From an uncultured delta proteobacterium (GTDB taxonomy: Bacteria > Desulfobacterota > Binatia > UBA9968): DNA of 64,000 bases. A program made the translations under genes and the position numbers. Location: NCBI GenBank assembly GCA_963755715.1, contig CAVWLW010000033.1, positions 192,001 to 256,000 of the forward strand, written 5' to 3'. This document shows, in pieces, positions 20,358 through 30,653 of the stretch (position 1 is the stretch's first letter; each line of letters begins with the position of its first letter). The notes under the pieces were generated by a model. The model made no database searches and was not told where the DNA came from. It was given only the letters and a program-made list of their open reading frames with translations.

Positions 20358-21860
20358 ATGAAGTTGAGCGACATCTGGGGCAGCGGCGTAAGCTTTAAAG
20401 GGGTTGTGTTGACCGCGTTGATCTCGCTCGCGGTCGGACTTGGGATCAGCGCCAGTTTGGATTGGCTCGCGCCTGGCCGGGCGGTGAATTTCATGGGTGA
20501 CGCCGGCACACCGGAGTCGCGCACATCCGCCGGTTTGCCGGATTTCGTGAATCTGGCGAAAAAAGTAAAGCCGCTTGTCGTCAATATATCGACCACTCAA
20601 GTGAGCGAAGGGCGCGGTTCGCCGCAAGAGTTCGGCAGCCCGTTCGGCGGCGGCGAAGAAGATCCGTTCAACGATTTTTGGCGGCGCTTTTTCGGTAATC
20701 CGCAACCGCGCGGCCCACAGCGCCAGCGCAGCCTGGGCTCCGGCTTTATCATCGATGGTGACGGGTCGATTCTGACCAACAACCATGTAGTCGAGAATGC
20801 ATCCAAGATCGTCGTCAAACTTTCCAACGATCAGGAGTATGAAGCGAAGGTCATCGGTCGGGATCAAAAAACCGACATCGCGATTATCAAGATCAACGCT
20901 ACAACTAGCCTTCCCGTCGCCGGCTTGGGCGACTCCGACCAGCTCGAGGTCGGTGAATGGGTCGTTGCGATCGGCAATCCTTTCGGACTGGACAGCACAG
21001 TGACTTCTGGGATCGTCAGCGCCAAAGGGCGTCACATCGGTCAGGGGCCGTACGATAATTTCATTCAAACGGACGCGTCGATCAATCCGGGCAACTCCGG
21101 CGGACCGCTGATCAATCTGCGCGGCGAGGTCATCGGCATCAACACCGCCATCTTCAGCCGGACCGGCGGCAACATCGGCATCGGCTTTGCTATCCCGATC
21201 AATCTCGTGAAAGAACTGCTACCGCAGTTGCGCGGCAAAGGTAAAGTCACACGCGGCTATCTCGGCGTGCTGATTCAAAAGGTCACGCCGGAAATCGGTG
21301 AAAGCCTGGGCATGGAAAAAAGTTACGGCGCCTTGGTCGCCAACGTTTCCAAGGACGGGCCGGCCGATAAAGCGGGGGTCAAAGTCGGTGATGTGATCGT
21401 CGAATTCGACGGCAAGGAGGTCAAAGATTCGGGTGACCTGCCGATCATCGTCGCGCGCACGCCGGTGGATAAAAAAGTCCGGATGAAGGTCTTGCGCGAC
21501 AAGAAAGAGATCGCGCTCAGCGTCGCTGTCGGTGAGCTCAAAGAAGAAGAAGTTGTCGCCGCTGTGCCTGAGAAAGGCGAGTTGGGGCTCACCGTCCAAA
21601 GGCTGACGCCGCAAATGGCGGAAAGCCTCGGACTGGAAAAATCCGAAGGCGTCGTCATCACCTCCGTGGAAGCCGGCAGCGCCGGTGATGAAGCGGGAAT
21701 TCGCCGTGGCGATATCATCCTCGAAGTCGATCGCAAGGCCGTGCGCAACGTAGACGAGTATAAAAAGGCGGTCGCCGGATCGCGTAAGGGACGCGGCGTG
21801 CTCTTTTTGGTGCGGCGCGGCGATAGCACGATTTTTTTGGCGCTCAAGCCGCAGCGCTGA
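20358..21860 (+). CDS. degP: HtrA/DegP-DegQ serine protease with two PDZ domains
   Basis: LTNNHV, TDIA, INPGNSGG, two PDZ domains. Confidence 0.92.
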   Translation: MKLSDIWGSGVSFKGVVLTALISLAVGLGISASLDWLAPGRAVNFMGDAGTPESRTSAGLPDFVNLAKKVKPLVVNISTTQVSEGRGSPQEFGSPFGGGEEDPFNDFWRRFFGNPQPRGPQRQRSLGSGFIIDGDGSILTNNHVVENASKIVVKLSNDQEYEAKVIGRDQKTDIAIIKINATTSLPVAGLGDSDQLEVGEWVVAIGNPFGLDSTVTSGIVSAKGRHIGQGPYDNFIQTDASINPGNSGGPLINLRGEVIGINTAIFSRTGGNIGIGFAIPINLVKELLPQLRGKGKVTRGYLGVLIQKVTPEIGESLGMEKSYGALVANVSKDGPADKAGVKVGDVIVEFDGKEVKDSGDLPIIVARTPVDKKVRMKVLRDKKEIALSVAVGELKEEEVVAAVPEKGELGLTVQRLTPQMAESLGLEKSEGVVITSVEAGSAGDEAGIRRGDIILEVDRKAVRNVDEYKKAVAGSRKGRGVLFLVRRGDSTIFLALKPQR

Positions 21861-21888
21861 GCTTGGTTCGATTCCAAACGCGTAGATG

Positions 21889-21933
21889 CAAAACGAGGCG
21901 CGGTGATTTACCCGGCCTCGTTTTGTTGCTTTT
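21889..21933 (+). terminator. Terminator after degP
   Basis: CAAAACGAGGC..GCCTCGTTTTG followed by a T-rich tail. Confidence 0.6.
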
Positions 21934-21972
21934 GGCTTCGGTCTGCGCGAGAATCTATCTACCTTTGAGGCG

Positions 21973-24249
21973 TTGGGTTTGATTAAGTCCAAACTTCGAG
22001 TTTTCAGCGTATCCTTAGTTATTATTCTGGTTATTACCTCCAGCGGTTTGGTTTTCGGGGCGTGGTACTTGAAGCGTCTCGAGGATACCATCACGGAAAA
22101 GTTCGAGGGACGGAAATGGGTTTTTCCGTCCAAAATTTATTCTGACAGTTACCTCCTTTACATCGGCATCAGCGTGCGGCTCGAAGAACTGGCCGAGAAA
22201 TTGCGCCGCCTCGGCTATTTCGAAAGCCCCGCCGAACCGAAATCCAAGGGAGAATACCGGATCGCCAAAGCCGACAATCTCATCGAAATCTATCTTCACG
22301 ATTTCGATTTTCCGACCGAACATTTCAAAGGGATTCCCGTGCGCATCTCGCTTCAGGGCACGATCGTTCGCCGCATCGAAAGCATGGCGACCGGCAAAGA
22401 GATGTTTTCCCTGGAACTCGAGCCCGAGCTGGTGACGGGTCTTTACGAGCGCATCTGGCAGGAACGCAAAGTCGTCAAGCTATCCGAAGTGCCGCCGCTG
22501 CTCGTGAAATCGGTGTTGGCGGTGGAAGACGAGCGCTTTTACAGCCATCACGGCATCGATCCTATCGGCATTCTGCGCGCCATGTGGGTGAATCTGCGCA
22601 GCATGAGCTTTCAGCAGGGCGGCAGTACGCTCACCCAGCAGTTGGTGAAAAATTTTTTTCTGACCGACGAGCGAACGATCAGTCGCAAAATTCCCGAGGC
22701 CGTCATGGCCCTGATCGCGGAGCGAAAATATTCCAAGGAGACGATCCTCGAAAACTATCTCAATGAAATCTATCTGGGCCAACGCGGTTCCCAAGGCATT
22801 TTCGGCGTGTGGGAGGCCGCGCAGTTTTATTTTTCCAAGCCGCTCTCCGATTTGACGGTGGGCGAGTCGGCGCTCTTGGCCGGACTGATTCGCGCGCCCA
22901 ATCGCTTGTCGCCCTATCGCAGCGCCGAAGCGGCGACTCGGCGGCGCAACGTCGTATTGGCCAAATTGCTCGATGACCGGATCATCACGCGTCGGCAATA
23001 CGATTTTGCCATGCGCGAAAAACTTCCCCAGCGTGCCGTGGTGAAAGTGACGAATGATGCGCCGTTCTATGTCGATTATTTGCGCCGCGAGCTCGAGGAA
23101 AATTATTCCAACGCGGTCCTGACCAAAGAAGGGCTGCGGATCTACAGCAGCCTCGACTTGAACATTCAACGAATCGCCGAGCGGGCGCTGGTCGAAGGGC
23201 TTAAAAAGCTCGAAGCGGCTCACCCGGCGTTGCGCCGCAAGGGCGACGACAGCTTAGAAGGGGCGATCGTCGTGTTGCGGCCTCAAACCGGTGAGATCAA
23301 GGCGATGGTCGGCGGTCGCAATTATCCCAAGTCGCAATTCAATCGAGTGTTTCAAGCCCGGCGCCAGCCGGGTTCAGTTTTCAAGCCTTTCGTCTATTTG
23401 GCGGCGCTGATGTACGGCGGGCAGAGCGGCGTTAAGTATACGCCCGAAACGATCATCAACGACAGCCAGTTCACCTGGAACTATGATGGCCGGGACTGGC
23501 AACCGAGTAACTATAACAACCAATACTTCGGCGCGGTGACGTTTCGCCGCGCCTTGGAAAACTCGCTCAATTCCGCGACCAGCCGCGTGGCGCAGGACGT
23601 CGGCATCCGGCGCGTGCGCGAACTCGCAAAACGCTTGGGCATTCAAAGCCCGCTGCCGGCGGTGCCTTCGCTTGCGTTGGGCGCCGCCGAGGTGACGCCG
23701 TTGGAAGTCGCGGTCGCGTTTTCCACCTTGGCCAACGGCGGCGTGCGCTCTCGACCGCTGGCGGTCAGAAACGTGATCGATCAAAATGCCCAATTACTAG
23801 AGAAGCGTGATGTTCGCAATGAACAGGTCCTAAGTCCGCAGATAGCTTACATGATGAACGAGCTGCTCAAGGGCGTGTTGGATCGGGGCACCGCCGCGAT
23901 GGCTCGACGGTGGGGATTTACCCGGCCGGCGGCCGGCAAAACCGGCACGACGAATGATTACAAAGACGCCTGGTTTGTCGGTTATACGCCGGATTTGCTC
24001 GCGGTCGTGTGGGTTGGCTTCGATGGTCAGAGCAAGCTTAACCTCTCGGGCGCGGAAGCGGCCCTGCCGATCTGGACGGAATTTATGAAAAACGCCACGG
24101 CCAACATGCCGGTAACCGACTTCATCGAGCCGGCGCCGCTGCCCGGCGAAGATGTTCCAGGAAATTGCGCGCCGGGACAGGATAACGGAGCGGGAAGCGC
24201 TCCTTGTCCGCCCGCAGTGCAAACTCGCGCGCCCGCGGAGGCGCTGTAA
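21973..24249 (+). CDS. mrcB: Penicillin-binding protein 1B
   Basis: UB2H-like insert, EDERF..H, GGSTLTQQ, SVFK, SLN, KTG. Confidence 0.92.
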   Translation: MGLIKSKLRVFSVSLVIILVITSSGLVFGAWYLKRLEDTITEKFEGRKWVFPSKIYSDSYLLYIGISVRLEELAEKLRRLGYFESPAEPKSKGEYRIAKADNLIEIYLHDFDFPTEHFKGIPVRISLQGTIVRRIESMATGKEMFSLELEPELVTGLYERIWQERKVVKLSEVPPLLVKSVLAVEDERFYSHHGIDPIGILRAMWVNLRSMSFQQGGSTLTQQLVKNFFLTDERTISRKIPEAVMALIAERKYSKETILENYLNEIYLGQRGSQGIFGVWEAAQFYFSKPLSDLTVGESALLAGLIRAPNRLSPYRSAEAATRRRNVVLAKLLDDRIITRRQYDFAMREKLPQRAVVKVTNDAPFYVDYLRRELEENYSNAVLTKEGLRIYSSLDLNIQRIAERALVEGLKKLEAAHPALRRKGDDSLEGAIVVLRPQTGEIKAMVGGRNYPKSQFNRVFQARRQPGSVFKPFVYLAALMYGGQSGVKYTPETIINDSQFTWNYDGRDWQPSNYNNQYFGAVTFRRALENSLNSATSRVAQDVGIRRVRELAKRLGIQSPLPAVPSLALGAAEVTPLEVAVAFSTLANGGVRSRPLAVRNVIDQNAQLLEKRDVRNEQVLSPQIAYMMNELLKGVLDRGTAAMARRWGFTRPAAGKTGTTNDYKDAWFVGYTPDLLAVVWVGFDGQSKLNLSGAEAALPIWTEFMKNATANMPVTDFIEPAPLPGEDVPGNCAPGQDNGAGSAPCPPAVQTRAPAEAL

Positions 24250-24263
24250 AAATTTCGCCGGTC

Positions 24264-25034
24264 ATGGTTTCTGTCGCTCGCCAAATATTTTTTGGCGCTA
24301 TCGCGCTCGCTGTGGGCGCTTACGGTTGCGCGCCGCAGCAGCCCTACCGTAGGCCTTTGCCGCCGAACGATGGCAACATTTCCGCGCCGCGATTTCCGCC
24401 GGCACCGCCGCCGGCTCCCGTACCGCCGCCCGAATTGGCGCGCAAGCCGCTGCCCCAGGAAGGCAAAATTCGCGAGCAGGACTTGAAGTCCAAGTCACCC
24501 GCGCCGAATATTCCAGGCCGAGATGGTAAAGACTCCTCCCGCCCCTCGAGCCCGGCGGAGAGTTCGGCTTCGCCGGAGTCAACTCCGGCGCCGTTGCCGG
24601 ACGATAGTTCATTGCTTGCCAAAATTACTCCCGGCATCTCGCCGCAACGCGCGGCGTCGTTGCGGCTCACCGACGAAGGCAGCAAGCTGCTCGACGCCGG
24701 CGAAGCCGCCAAGGCGCTCACGCGCTTGGAAAGAACCATCGTGATCGACTCCACCAACCCCTATGGATATTTTTATCTAGCCAAGGCGCAGTATCGTTTG
24801 GGGCGATACCGAGAATCGCTGAATTTTCTCGATATTGTCGAACCGCGGTTACGCTCGGAGCCCTTCTGGATGGCCGAGGTACAGGCGCTGCGCGGCGACA
24901 ACTATCGGGCGCTGGGCCAAGTGCAGCGGGCGGAAGCGAGCTACGTTCAGTCCCTGCGTTTTAATTCCGGCAATCGCAGCGCCGCCGACGGCTTGAGTCG
25001 TTTGCAAGGCGACCCGCAATCGGTTAACAAATAG
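24264..25034 (+). CDS. TPR lipoprotein, LpoP-like candidate PBP1b activator
   Basis: Lipobox GAYGC, long Pro-rich linker, C-terminal TPRs, directly downstream of mrcB. Confidence 0.65.
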   Translation: MVSVARQIFFGAIALAVGAYGCAPQQPYRRPLPPNDGNISAPRFPPAPPPAPVPPPELARKPLPQEGKIREQDLKSKSPAPNIPGRDGKDSSRPSSPAESSASPESTPAPLPDDSSLLAKITPGISPQRAASLRLTDEGSKLLDAGEAAKALTRLERTIVIDSTNPYGYFYLAKAQYRLGRYRESLNFLDIVEPRLRSEPFWMAEVQALRGDNYRALGQVQRAEASYVQSLRFNSGNRSAADGLSRLQGDPQSVNK

Positions 25035-25046
25035 CGCTCTTCTCCA

Positions 25047-26048
25047 ATGTTAATTCTCGGTGTGGAAACTTCCTGCGATGACACCGCTGCGGCCGTGTTG
25101 CGAGACGGACGGACGATTCTCGCCAACGTGGTTTCTTCGCAAGACCAGGTGCATGGCCCCTATGGCGGCGTGGTGCCGGAGCTCGCTTCGCGCCAGCATA
25201 TCAAAACCATTTTGCCGATCGTCGACGGCGCCTTACAAAAAGCCAATGTGAGATTGCAAGATCTGGACGGCATCGCCGTCACGTACGGCCCCGGCTTGGT
25301 CGGGTCTTTGCTCGTCGGACTGTCCCTGGTCAAAGGCATGTCGTTTCGTTCGGGCATCCCCTACGTCGGCGTCAATCATCTCGAAGCCCATTTGCTGGCG
25401 ATCCATCTCGAACATGAAGTTTCGTTTCCTTATATCGCGTTGCTCGCGTCCGGCGGGCATACGCTGCTCTATCGCGTGAATGGCGTCGGCGACTACGTTC
25501 ACCTGGGCGGTACTCGCGACGACGCGGCGGGCGAGGCCTTCGACAAAGTGGCCAAGATGATGGGGCTTGGCTATCCGGGGGGACGGATTATCGACCAACT
25601 GGCGCAAAGCGGCGATGCCAGAGCCATTCGTTTCCCGCGCGCGCGCTTTCACAAGAGCGCCTACGAGTTTAGCTTCAGCGGTATTAAGACTGCGGTGTGG
25701 CATTACCTAAAGACTCAACAAGGCAAGGAACAGACGGAACGACAACAAGCCGACATCGCCGCAAGCTTTCAGGAAGCGATCGTCGATATGTTGGTAGAGC
25801 CGGCGATCCGGGCGGCGTTGGCCAACGGCGTCAAGCGCATTGTGCTGTCCGGCGGCGTCGCCGCCAACAGCCGGCTGCGCGCCAGCATGAAAGAGAAAGC
25901 GGATGGTGCAGGTGTGCAAGTCTTCTATCCCGCGCCGAAGTTCTGCACGGATAACGGCGCGATGATCGCTCTGGCTGGATATCATGCGCTCCAACGCGGG
26001 CGACGTGATGATTATCATCTCAACGCCGACGCCGACTTGACGCTCTAA
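25047..26048 (+). CDS. tsaD: tRNA threonylcarbamoyltransferase
   Basis: ETSCDDT, HLEAH, SGGH, DDAAGE, TDNGAMI. Confidence 0.97.
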   Translation: MLILGVETSCDDTAAAVLRDGRTILANVVSSQDQVHGPYGGVVPELASRQHIKTILPIVDGALQKANVRLQDLDGIAVTYGPGLVGSLLVGLSLVKGMSFRSGIPYVGVNHLEAHLLAIHLEHEVSFPYIALLASGGHTLLYRVNGVGDYVHLGGTRDDAAGEAFDKVAKMMGLGYPGGRIIDQLAQSGDARAIRFPRARFHKSAYEFSFSGIKTAVWHYLKTQQGKEQTERQQADIAASFQEAIVDMLVEPAIRAALANGVKRIVLSGGVAANSRLRASMKEKADGAGVQVFYPAPKFCTDNGAMIALAGYHALQRGRRDDYHLNADADLTL

Positions 26049-26086
26049 TTTATTTCAATCGATTCGATTTCAAAAGGCTCAAGGGG

Positions 26087-26971
26087 ATGGCGACCCTTTA
26101 CGAAGAAGTTCGCGCGGCGCTGCGCGAATCGAATTTCAAACCGCGCAAGAGCCGGGGACAAAATTTCTTAATTCATGAGCGCGTGATTGATTCGATTATT
26201 CGACTACTCGATCTTTCGGCGGCGGACGAGATCATCGAAATCGGCCCCGGCTTGGGTTTTCTAACGCGGCGTCTGCTTGAGCACGCAGGCCAAGTCTGGG
26301 CGGTCGAAATCGATCCTCTACTGGTCGAGCGTCTGCGCGCCAGCGCGCTCGGCGCCGATCCGAAGCTACATCTGATCCAGGGCGATATTTTGCAAATTTC
26401 ATTGGCGAAGATTTTTGCCAGGAAGAAAATCAAGCTCGCCGGTAATCTGCCTTACAATATTGCCACCCAGGTCTTGTTTCGGATCTTTGAATGGCGCGAG
26501 CATTTTTCCTCCTTGGTTCTGATGGTTCAAAAAGAGGTCGCCGATCGAATTGTCAGCGGCCCGGGCACGAAAGATTACGGCGCGCTGTCGATTTTATGCC
26601 AGGTACACGGACGGATAACCGGCAAGGTTTCGGTTTCGCCGGAGGCCTTTTTCCCGCGCCCGAAGGTGCGTTCGACCGTGCTTAAGATCGAGCTTTTTCC
26701 CGAGGCGCGGCTTGAGATCGATCAATGGCCGGTGCTGCGCAATTTGGTGCGCGCTGCGTTTGCCCAGCGGCGCAAGACGCTCGGCAATGCGCTCGCGGCT
26801 TTTTCGAAGCGTACGCGGGACACGGTCGAAGATTTTCTTCGTTCACAAGAGATAGATCCGCGCCGGCGCGGTGAGACCCTCAGTGTCGATGAGTTTATCC
26901 GGCTCGCCCATGCGGCGCACGGCCAGTTTTTCTTTTCCGGCGACAACGAAATACTGAACGCGGAACACTGA
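26087..26971 (+). CDS. rsmA: 16S rRNA dimethyladenosine transferase
   Basis: GQNFL, EIGPGLG, NLPY, QRRKTL. Confidence 0.97.
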   Translation: MATLYEEVRAALRESNFKPRKSRGQNFLIHERVIDSIIRLLDLSAADEIIEIGPGLGFLTRRLLEHAGQVWAVEIDPLLVERLRASALGADPKLHLIQGDILQISLAKIFARKKIKLAGNLPYNIATQVLFRIFEWREHFSSLVLMVQKEVADRIVSGPGTKDYGALSILCQVHGRITGKVSVSPEAFFPRPKVRSTVLKIELFPEARLEIDQWPVLRNLVRAAFAQRRKTLGNALAAFSKRTRDTVEDFLRSQEIDPRRRGETLSVDEFIRLAHAAHGQFFFSGDNEILNAEH

Positions 26972-26975
26972 CTTT

Positions 26976-27797
26976 ATGCCCGAACTGCCCGAAGTCGAAA
27001 CCGTTTGCCGCAGCTTGCGGCCGCATCTCGTGGGCCGAACCATCCGCCGGGTACGTGTGTTGGAGCCGCGCTTGCGGCTGCCGGTGGACGAGAAGGGGCT
27101 TAAAGCGCTGGCGGGAAAGCGGATCGACGCGATCACGCGGATCGCCAAATACATCGTGTTTGATTTGTCCGGCGATACGGTTTGGGTTTTTCATCTCGGC
27201 ATGTCGGGCAAACTGATCTGCGTCGCGCCGAGCACGGCGCGAAAGAAGCACGATCACATCATTGTCCACCTCGACGATGGCGCCGAGTTGCGCTATCACG
27301 ATCCGCGCCGCTTTGGCTTGTCGCTGGTGACGAAAAGGCGGGCTTTACATGAATTGCCACAGCTTCACCGGATCGGGTTAGATCCCTTCGATCCCGCCCT
27401 AAGCGCGGATTATCTGTTTCGCTTCACGCGCTCATCCGAACGCCGCATTCGCGACCTACTTCTCGATCAACAGATCATCGCCGGCCTTGGCAATATCTAC
27501 GCCAACGAGATCCTGGCGTTGGCCGGCATCAAGCCGACCACGCGCGCGCATCGCTTAACGCGCAAGCAGGTTCAGGTGCTCGCGCAACTCATTCCCAAGC
27601 TGCTCGGCGACGCGATTCGCTGGTGCGGCACGTCGTTTTCCGACTATCGCGATGGCGACGATAAATCCGGCGAGTTTCAGAATCATTTACGGGTCTACGA
27701 CCGCGACGGCGAGCGCTGCCGGGTTTGTCCGAGCGTGATCAAGCGGGTGGCGATCGGCAACCGCAGCGCGTTTTATTGTCCGACATGCCAAAGATAA
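26976..27797 (+). CDS. mutM: Formamidopyrimidine-DNA glycosylase
   Basis: MPELPEVE, HLGMSG, GLGNIY, C-terminal zinc finger. Confidence 0.97.
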   Translation: MPELPEVETVCRSLRPHLVGRTIRRVRVLEPRLRLPVDEKGLKALAGKRIDAITRIAKYIVFDLSGDTVWVFHLGMSGKLICVAPSTARKKHDHIIVHLDDGAELRYHDPRRFGLSLVTKRRALHELPQLHRIGLDPFDPALSADYLFRFTRSSERRIRDLLLDQQIIAGLGNIYANEILALAGIKPTTRAHRLTRKQVQVLAQLIPKLLGDAIRWCGTSFSDYRDGDDKSGEFQNHLRVYDRDGERCRVCPSVIKRVAIGNRSAFYCPTCQR

Positions 27798-27803
27798 ATT
27801 CTT

Positions 27804-27844
27804 GGTTCCAATCGTTCAAAACGTTCCGGTCGTTCCAATCGTTT
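27804..27844. repeat. Short GTTC-unit direct repeat tract (REP-like)
   Basis: gttccaatc/gttcaaaac/gttccggtc/gttccaatc 9-nt periodicity. Confidence 0.55.
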
Positions 27845-27869
27845 CGGGCGTCCTGAGCGGCGATCTAAC

Positions 27870-29126
27870 GTGTTTGGCATCATGAAATCACCGGCTTCAA
27901 ACAAGGATCAGCTTCTTTCGCCGCTCAGGCACCGGGATTTTCGCCTGTTTTGGACCGGGCTGCTGCTTTCCAGCGTGGGCAGCCAGTTCACTCAAGTGGC
28001 GATGGCGTGGCAAATTTATGAGCTTACCAATTCGCCGCTGCAGATCGGTCTGATCGGCCTGGTCCGCGCCGTGCCGCAAATGATTATTCTCCTGTTCGGC
28101 GGTTTGCTCGCCGACGCGATGAACCGGCGCAAGTTGATGATGGTCACGCAAGGGAGTTTATTTTTTGTTTCAGGATCGCTGGCGTTGATAGCGTTGGCCG
28201 GCCATGTGACGCCGTTAAAACTTTACGGCGTGACGGTGTTCTTGGCGTTTTTTAGCTCTCTCGAGGTGCCATCGCGCCAGGCGATCGTCACCAACCTCGT
28301 GCCGGCGGAAGATCTATCGCGCGCCTTGGCGATCTTCAGCACCCAACGGCAGATCGCCACCATCGCCGGACCGTCGATCGCCGGCGTCGTCTTAGCGTTC
28401 GCCGGTCCCGCGCTCTGCTACGCCGTAGACGCGTTCTCTTGGCTGGTGATGCTCGGGGCGCTGGCATTGATTCGCGCCCAGTTGCCTGAGCGCGGTGGCT
28501 GGCGCACGATCAGTCTCGATTCACTGCGCGCGGGTTTTAGTTTTGTCTGGGGCCACGCCGTCATTTTTCCGTTTCTGATGATGGATTTTGGCGCGAATAT
28601 TTTCGGCACGATGCGCTCGCTCTTTCCCATTTATGCGCGCGATATTCTTACCGTTGGGCCGCGGGGCTTGGGCCTGCTGTATGCGGCCAGCGCGGCCGGC
28701 TCTTTGCTCGGTGCATTGGCGTTCAGCCTGTGGGGACCGGCGCGCCGGGCCGGCCGCTGGATTCTTTTCGGCGTGACGATCTACGGCGTGTGCCTGTTCT
28801 GCTTCGCCCAATCGCATTGGTTTTGGCTGTCGATCGCGCTTCTGATCGGCGCCGGAATCGGCGATACGATCAGCGCGATTTTGCGCTCGACGATCAATCA
28901 GTTGAGCACGCCCGATGATTTGCGCGGGCGCATGTCTTCGATCAATAGTATCTTTACCAACAGCGGACCGCAGTTAGGCCAATTCCAACTCGGTGCTCTG
29001 GCCGCGGCGATCGGCACGGAATTCGCTGCCACCACCGGGGCCGTGGCGATTCTTGCCATCGTGGCGCTTTTGGCCGTCCGCTTCCCGCACGTGAGGGAAT
29101 ATCGGATCGGCCCGCCAAAAAGTTAG
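27870..29126 (+). CDS. MFS transporter (DHA3/EntS-like)
   Basis: About 12 TM segments, RDFRLFW, GLLADAMNRR. Confidence 0.9.
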   Translation: MFGIMKSPASNKDQLLSPLRHRDFRLFWTGLLLSSVGSQFTQVAMAWQIYELTNSPLQIGLIGLVRAVPQMIILLFGGLLADAMNRRKLMMVTQGSLFFVSGSLALIALAGHVTPLKLYGVTVFLAFFSSLEVPSRQAIVTNLVPAEDLSRALAIFSTQRQIATIAGPSIAGVVLAFAGPALCYAVDAFSWLVMLGALALIRAQLPERGGWRTISLDSLRAGFSFVWGHAVIFPFLMMDFGANIFGTMRSLFPIYARDILTVGPRGLGLLYAASAAGSLLGALAFSLWGPARRAGRWILFGVTIYGVCLFCFAQSHWFWLSIALLIGAGIGDTISAILRSTINQLSTPDDLRGRMSSINSIFTNSGPQLGQFQLGALAAAIGTEFAATTGAVAILAIVALLAVRFPHVREYRIGPPKS

Positions 29127-29182
29127 CGTTGGGCACGCTCGGCTAGCCGAGATAATTCGGCTGGATCGGAAAGGCGGAGTCG

Positions 29183-30124
29183 CTAAGATCGAACGGCGCC
29201 GTCGGCGGGATTTCTTTGCTGCTTGATGACATTCATCGCCAGGGAAATCATTGAGCCGACGTCGCTCAGGGTCGCCGGCAAAATTAGCGTATTGCCGGCT
29301 TGAGCCAGTTTGCCGAATTCGATGAGATAATTTTCCGCGACGCGTAGTTGCACCGCCTCGAAACCGCCAGGTTGCTGGATGGCTTCGGCGACTTTTCTGA
29401 TCCCGCTGGAGGTCGCATCGGCAATCGCGAGGATCGCCGCGGCCTGTCCTTCGGCTTCGTTGATTTGCTGTTGTTTCTTTCCTTCCGAGGCTTTAATCGC
29501 CTGCTGCTTCTCGCCTTCCGCGCTGTTGATGGCGGCGTCTCTCTGGCCTTCCGAAGTCAGGATCAGCGCGCGTTTTTCGCGCTCGGCGCGCATCTGTTTT
29601 TCCATCGCGGCGAGAATATCTTGAGGCGGCGTAATATTCTTGATCTCGTAGCGCATCACTTTGATGCCCCAGGGTTCCGACGCTTTGTCCAATTCGCTGA
29701 CCACCTGGGTATTGATGTTGGTGCGCTCCTCGAAGGTACGGTCGAGCTCGATCTTGCCGAGCTCGCTGCGCAACGTGGTTTGGGCAAGCTGCGTGATGCC
29801 GAAAATGTAGTCGCCGATGCCGTAAGAAGCCCGCTCTGGATTTAAAACTTTTTGGTAGAGCACGCCGTCGACCGAGACCTGGACATTATCGCGCGTGATG
29901 CAAACTTGCGGCGGGATATCGATCGCCTGTTCCTTGAGGGAGTGCTTGTAACGAATCACATCGAGAAAAGGGACGAGGATATGAAAACCGGCGCCCAGGG
30001 TACCGCTATACTTACCCAAACGCTCGACGACGAAGGCGCTCTGCTGCGGCACCACGACGGCGGTCTTGGCAACGATGATGATGACGAGAAAGGCGAGAAC
30101 GATGACGACGATAAATCCGCCCAT
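29183..30124 (-). CDS. SPFH/stomatin-like (QmcA/paraslipin) protein
   Basis: VVERLGKY, ITRDNV, AEREKRA. Confidence 0.92.
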   Translation of the reverse strand: MGGFIVVIVLAFLVIIIVAKTAVVVPQQSAFVVERLGKYSGTLGAGFHILVPFLDVIRYKHSLKEQAIDIPPQVCITRDNVQVSVDGVLYQKVLNPERASYGIGDYIFGITQLAQTTLRSELGKIELDRTFEERTNINTQVVSELDKASEPWGIKVMRYEIKNITPPQDILAAMEKQMRAEREKRALILTSEGQRDAAINSAEGEKQQAIKASEGKKQQQINEAEGQAAAILAIADATSSGIRKVAEAIQQPGGFEAVQLRVAENYLIEFGKLAQAGNTLILPATLSDVGSMISLAMNVIKQQRNPADGAVRS

Positions 30125-30137
30125 ACTTGTCTCCGTT

Positions 30138-30572
30138 TCAGTTTGATTCGGCGCGCACGAAAATCATCAGACCTTCGACGCGCTCAACTCTGCAGCGCTG
30201 ACCGCGGGCTAGAGGCTGATCCCCGATATTGCGCGTGTTCCACGACGTGCCGCGCATTTCCGCTTTACCCACGCTGTTCACCGAAATGTCTTCAAGGGGC
30301 ACGGCGACTTCGCCCACCAGGCTGTCGACGCTTTCCGAAGGGCGACCGCGCGTCAACTGCAGCAATTTTTCACGGAAGAGCCAAAGGCAAAGTACCGAGA
30401 CGGCGGAGAATAGGATAAATTGAAACCAGGGAGGGCCTGCGGCTTGAAGGCCGACCAGGATGCCGACGATAACGGCGCCGATGCCGAAGAAAAGTATATA
30501 AAAGCCGCCCGGAGTCGTAAGCTCCGCGAGGAAAAGTAGAAGACCCAGTAGGATCCACAGCCACCAGTCCAT
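30138..30572 (-). CDS. NfeD family protein
   Basis: TM N-terminus plus OB-fold, adjacent to SPFH. Confidence 0.85.
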   Translation of the reverse strand: MDWWLWILLGLLLFLAELTTPGGFYILFFGIGAVIVGILVGLQAAGPPWFQFILFSAVSVLCLWLFREKLLQLTRGRPSESVDSLVGEVAVPLEDISVNSVGKAEMRGTSWNTRNIGDQPLARGQRCRVERVEGLMIFVRAESN

Positions 30573-30653
30573 AATGTATTCTCGCCGTTGCGCGAGCTGA
30601 ACCTAGCCGAGGTCCGCCGGTATTTCAACCTCCGTGATCGTTACACGCTTGGG

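Noticed and set aside
27804-27844. GTTCCAATC repeats resembling CRISPR repeat ends
   Set aside because: Too short and without spacers.
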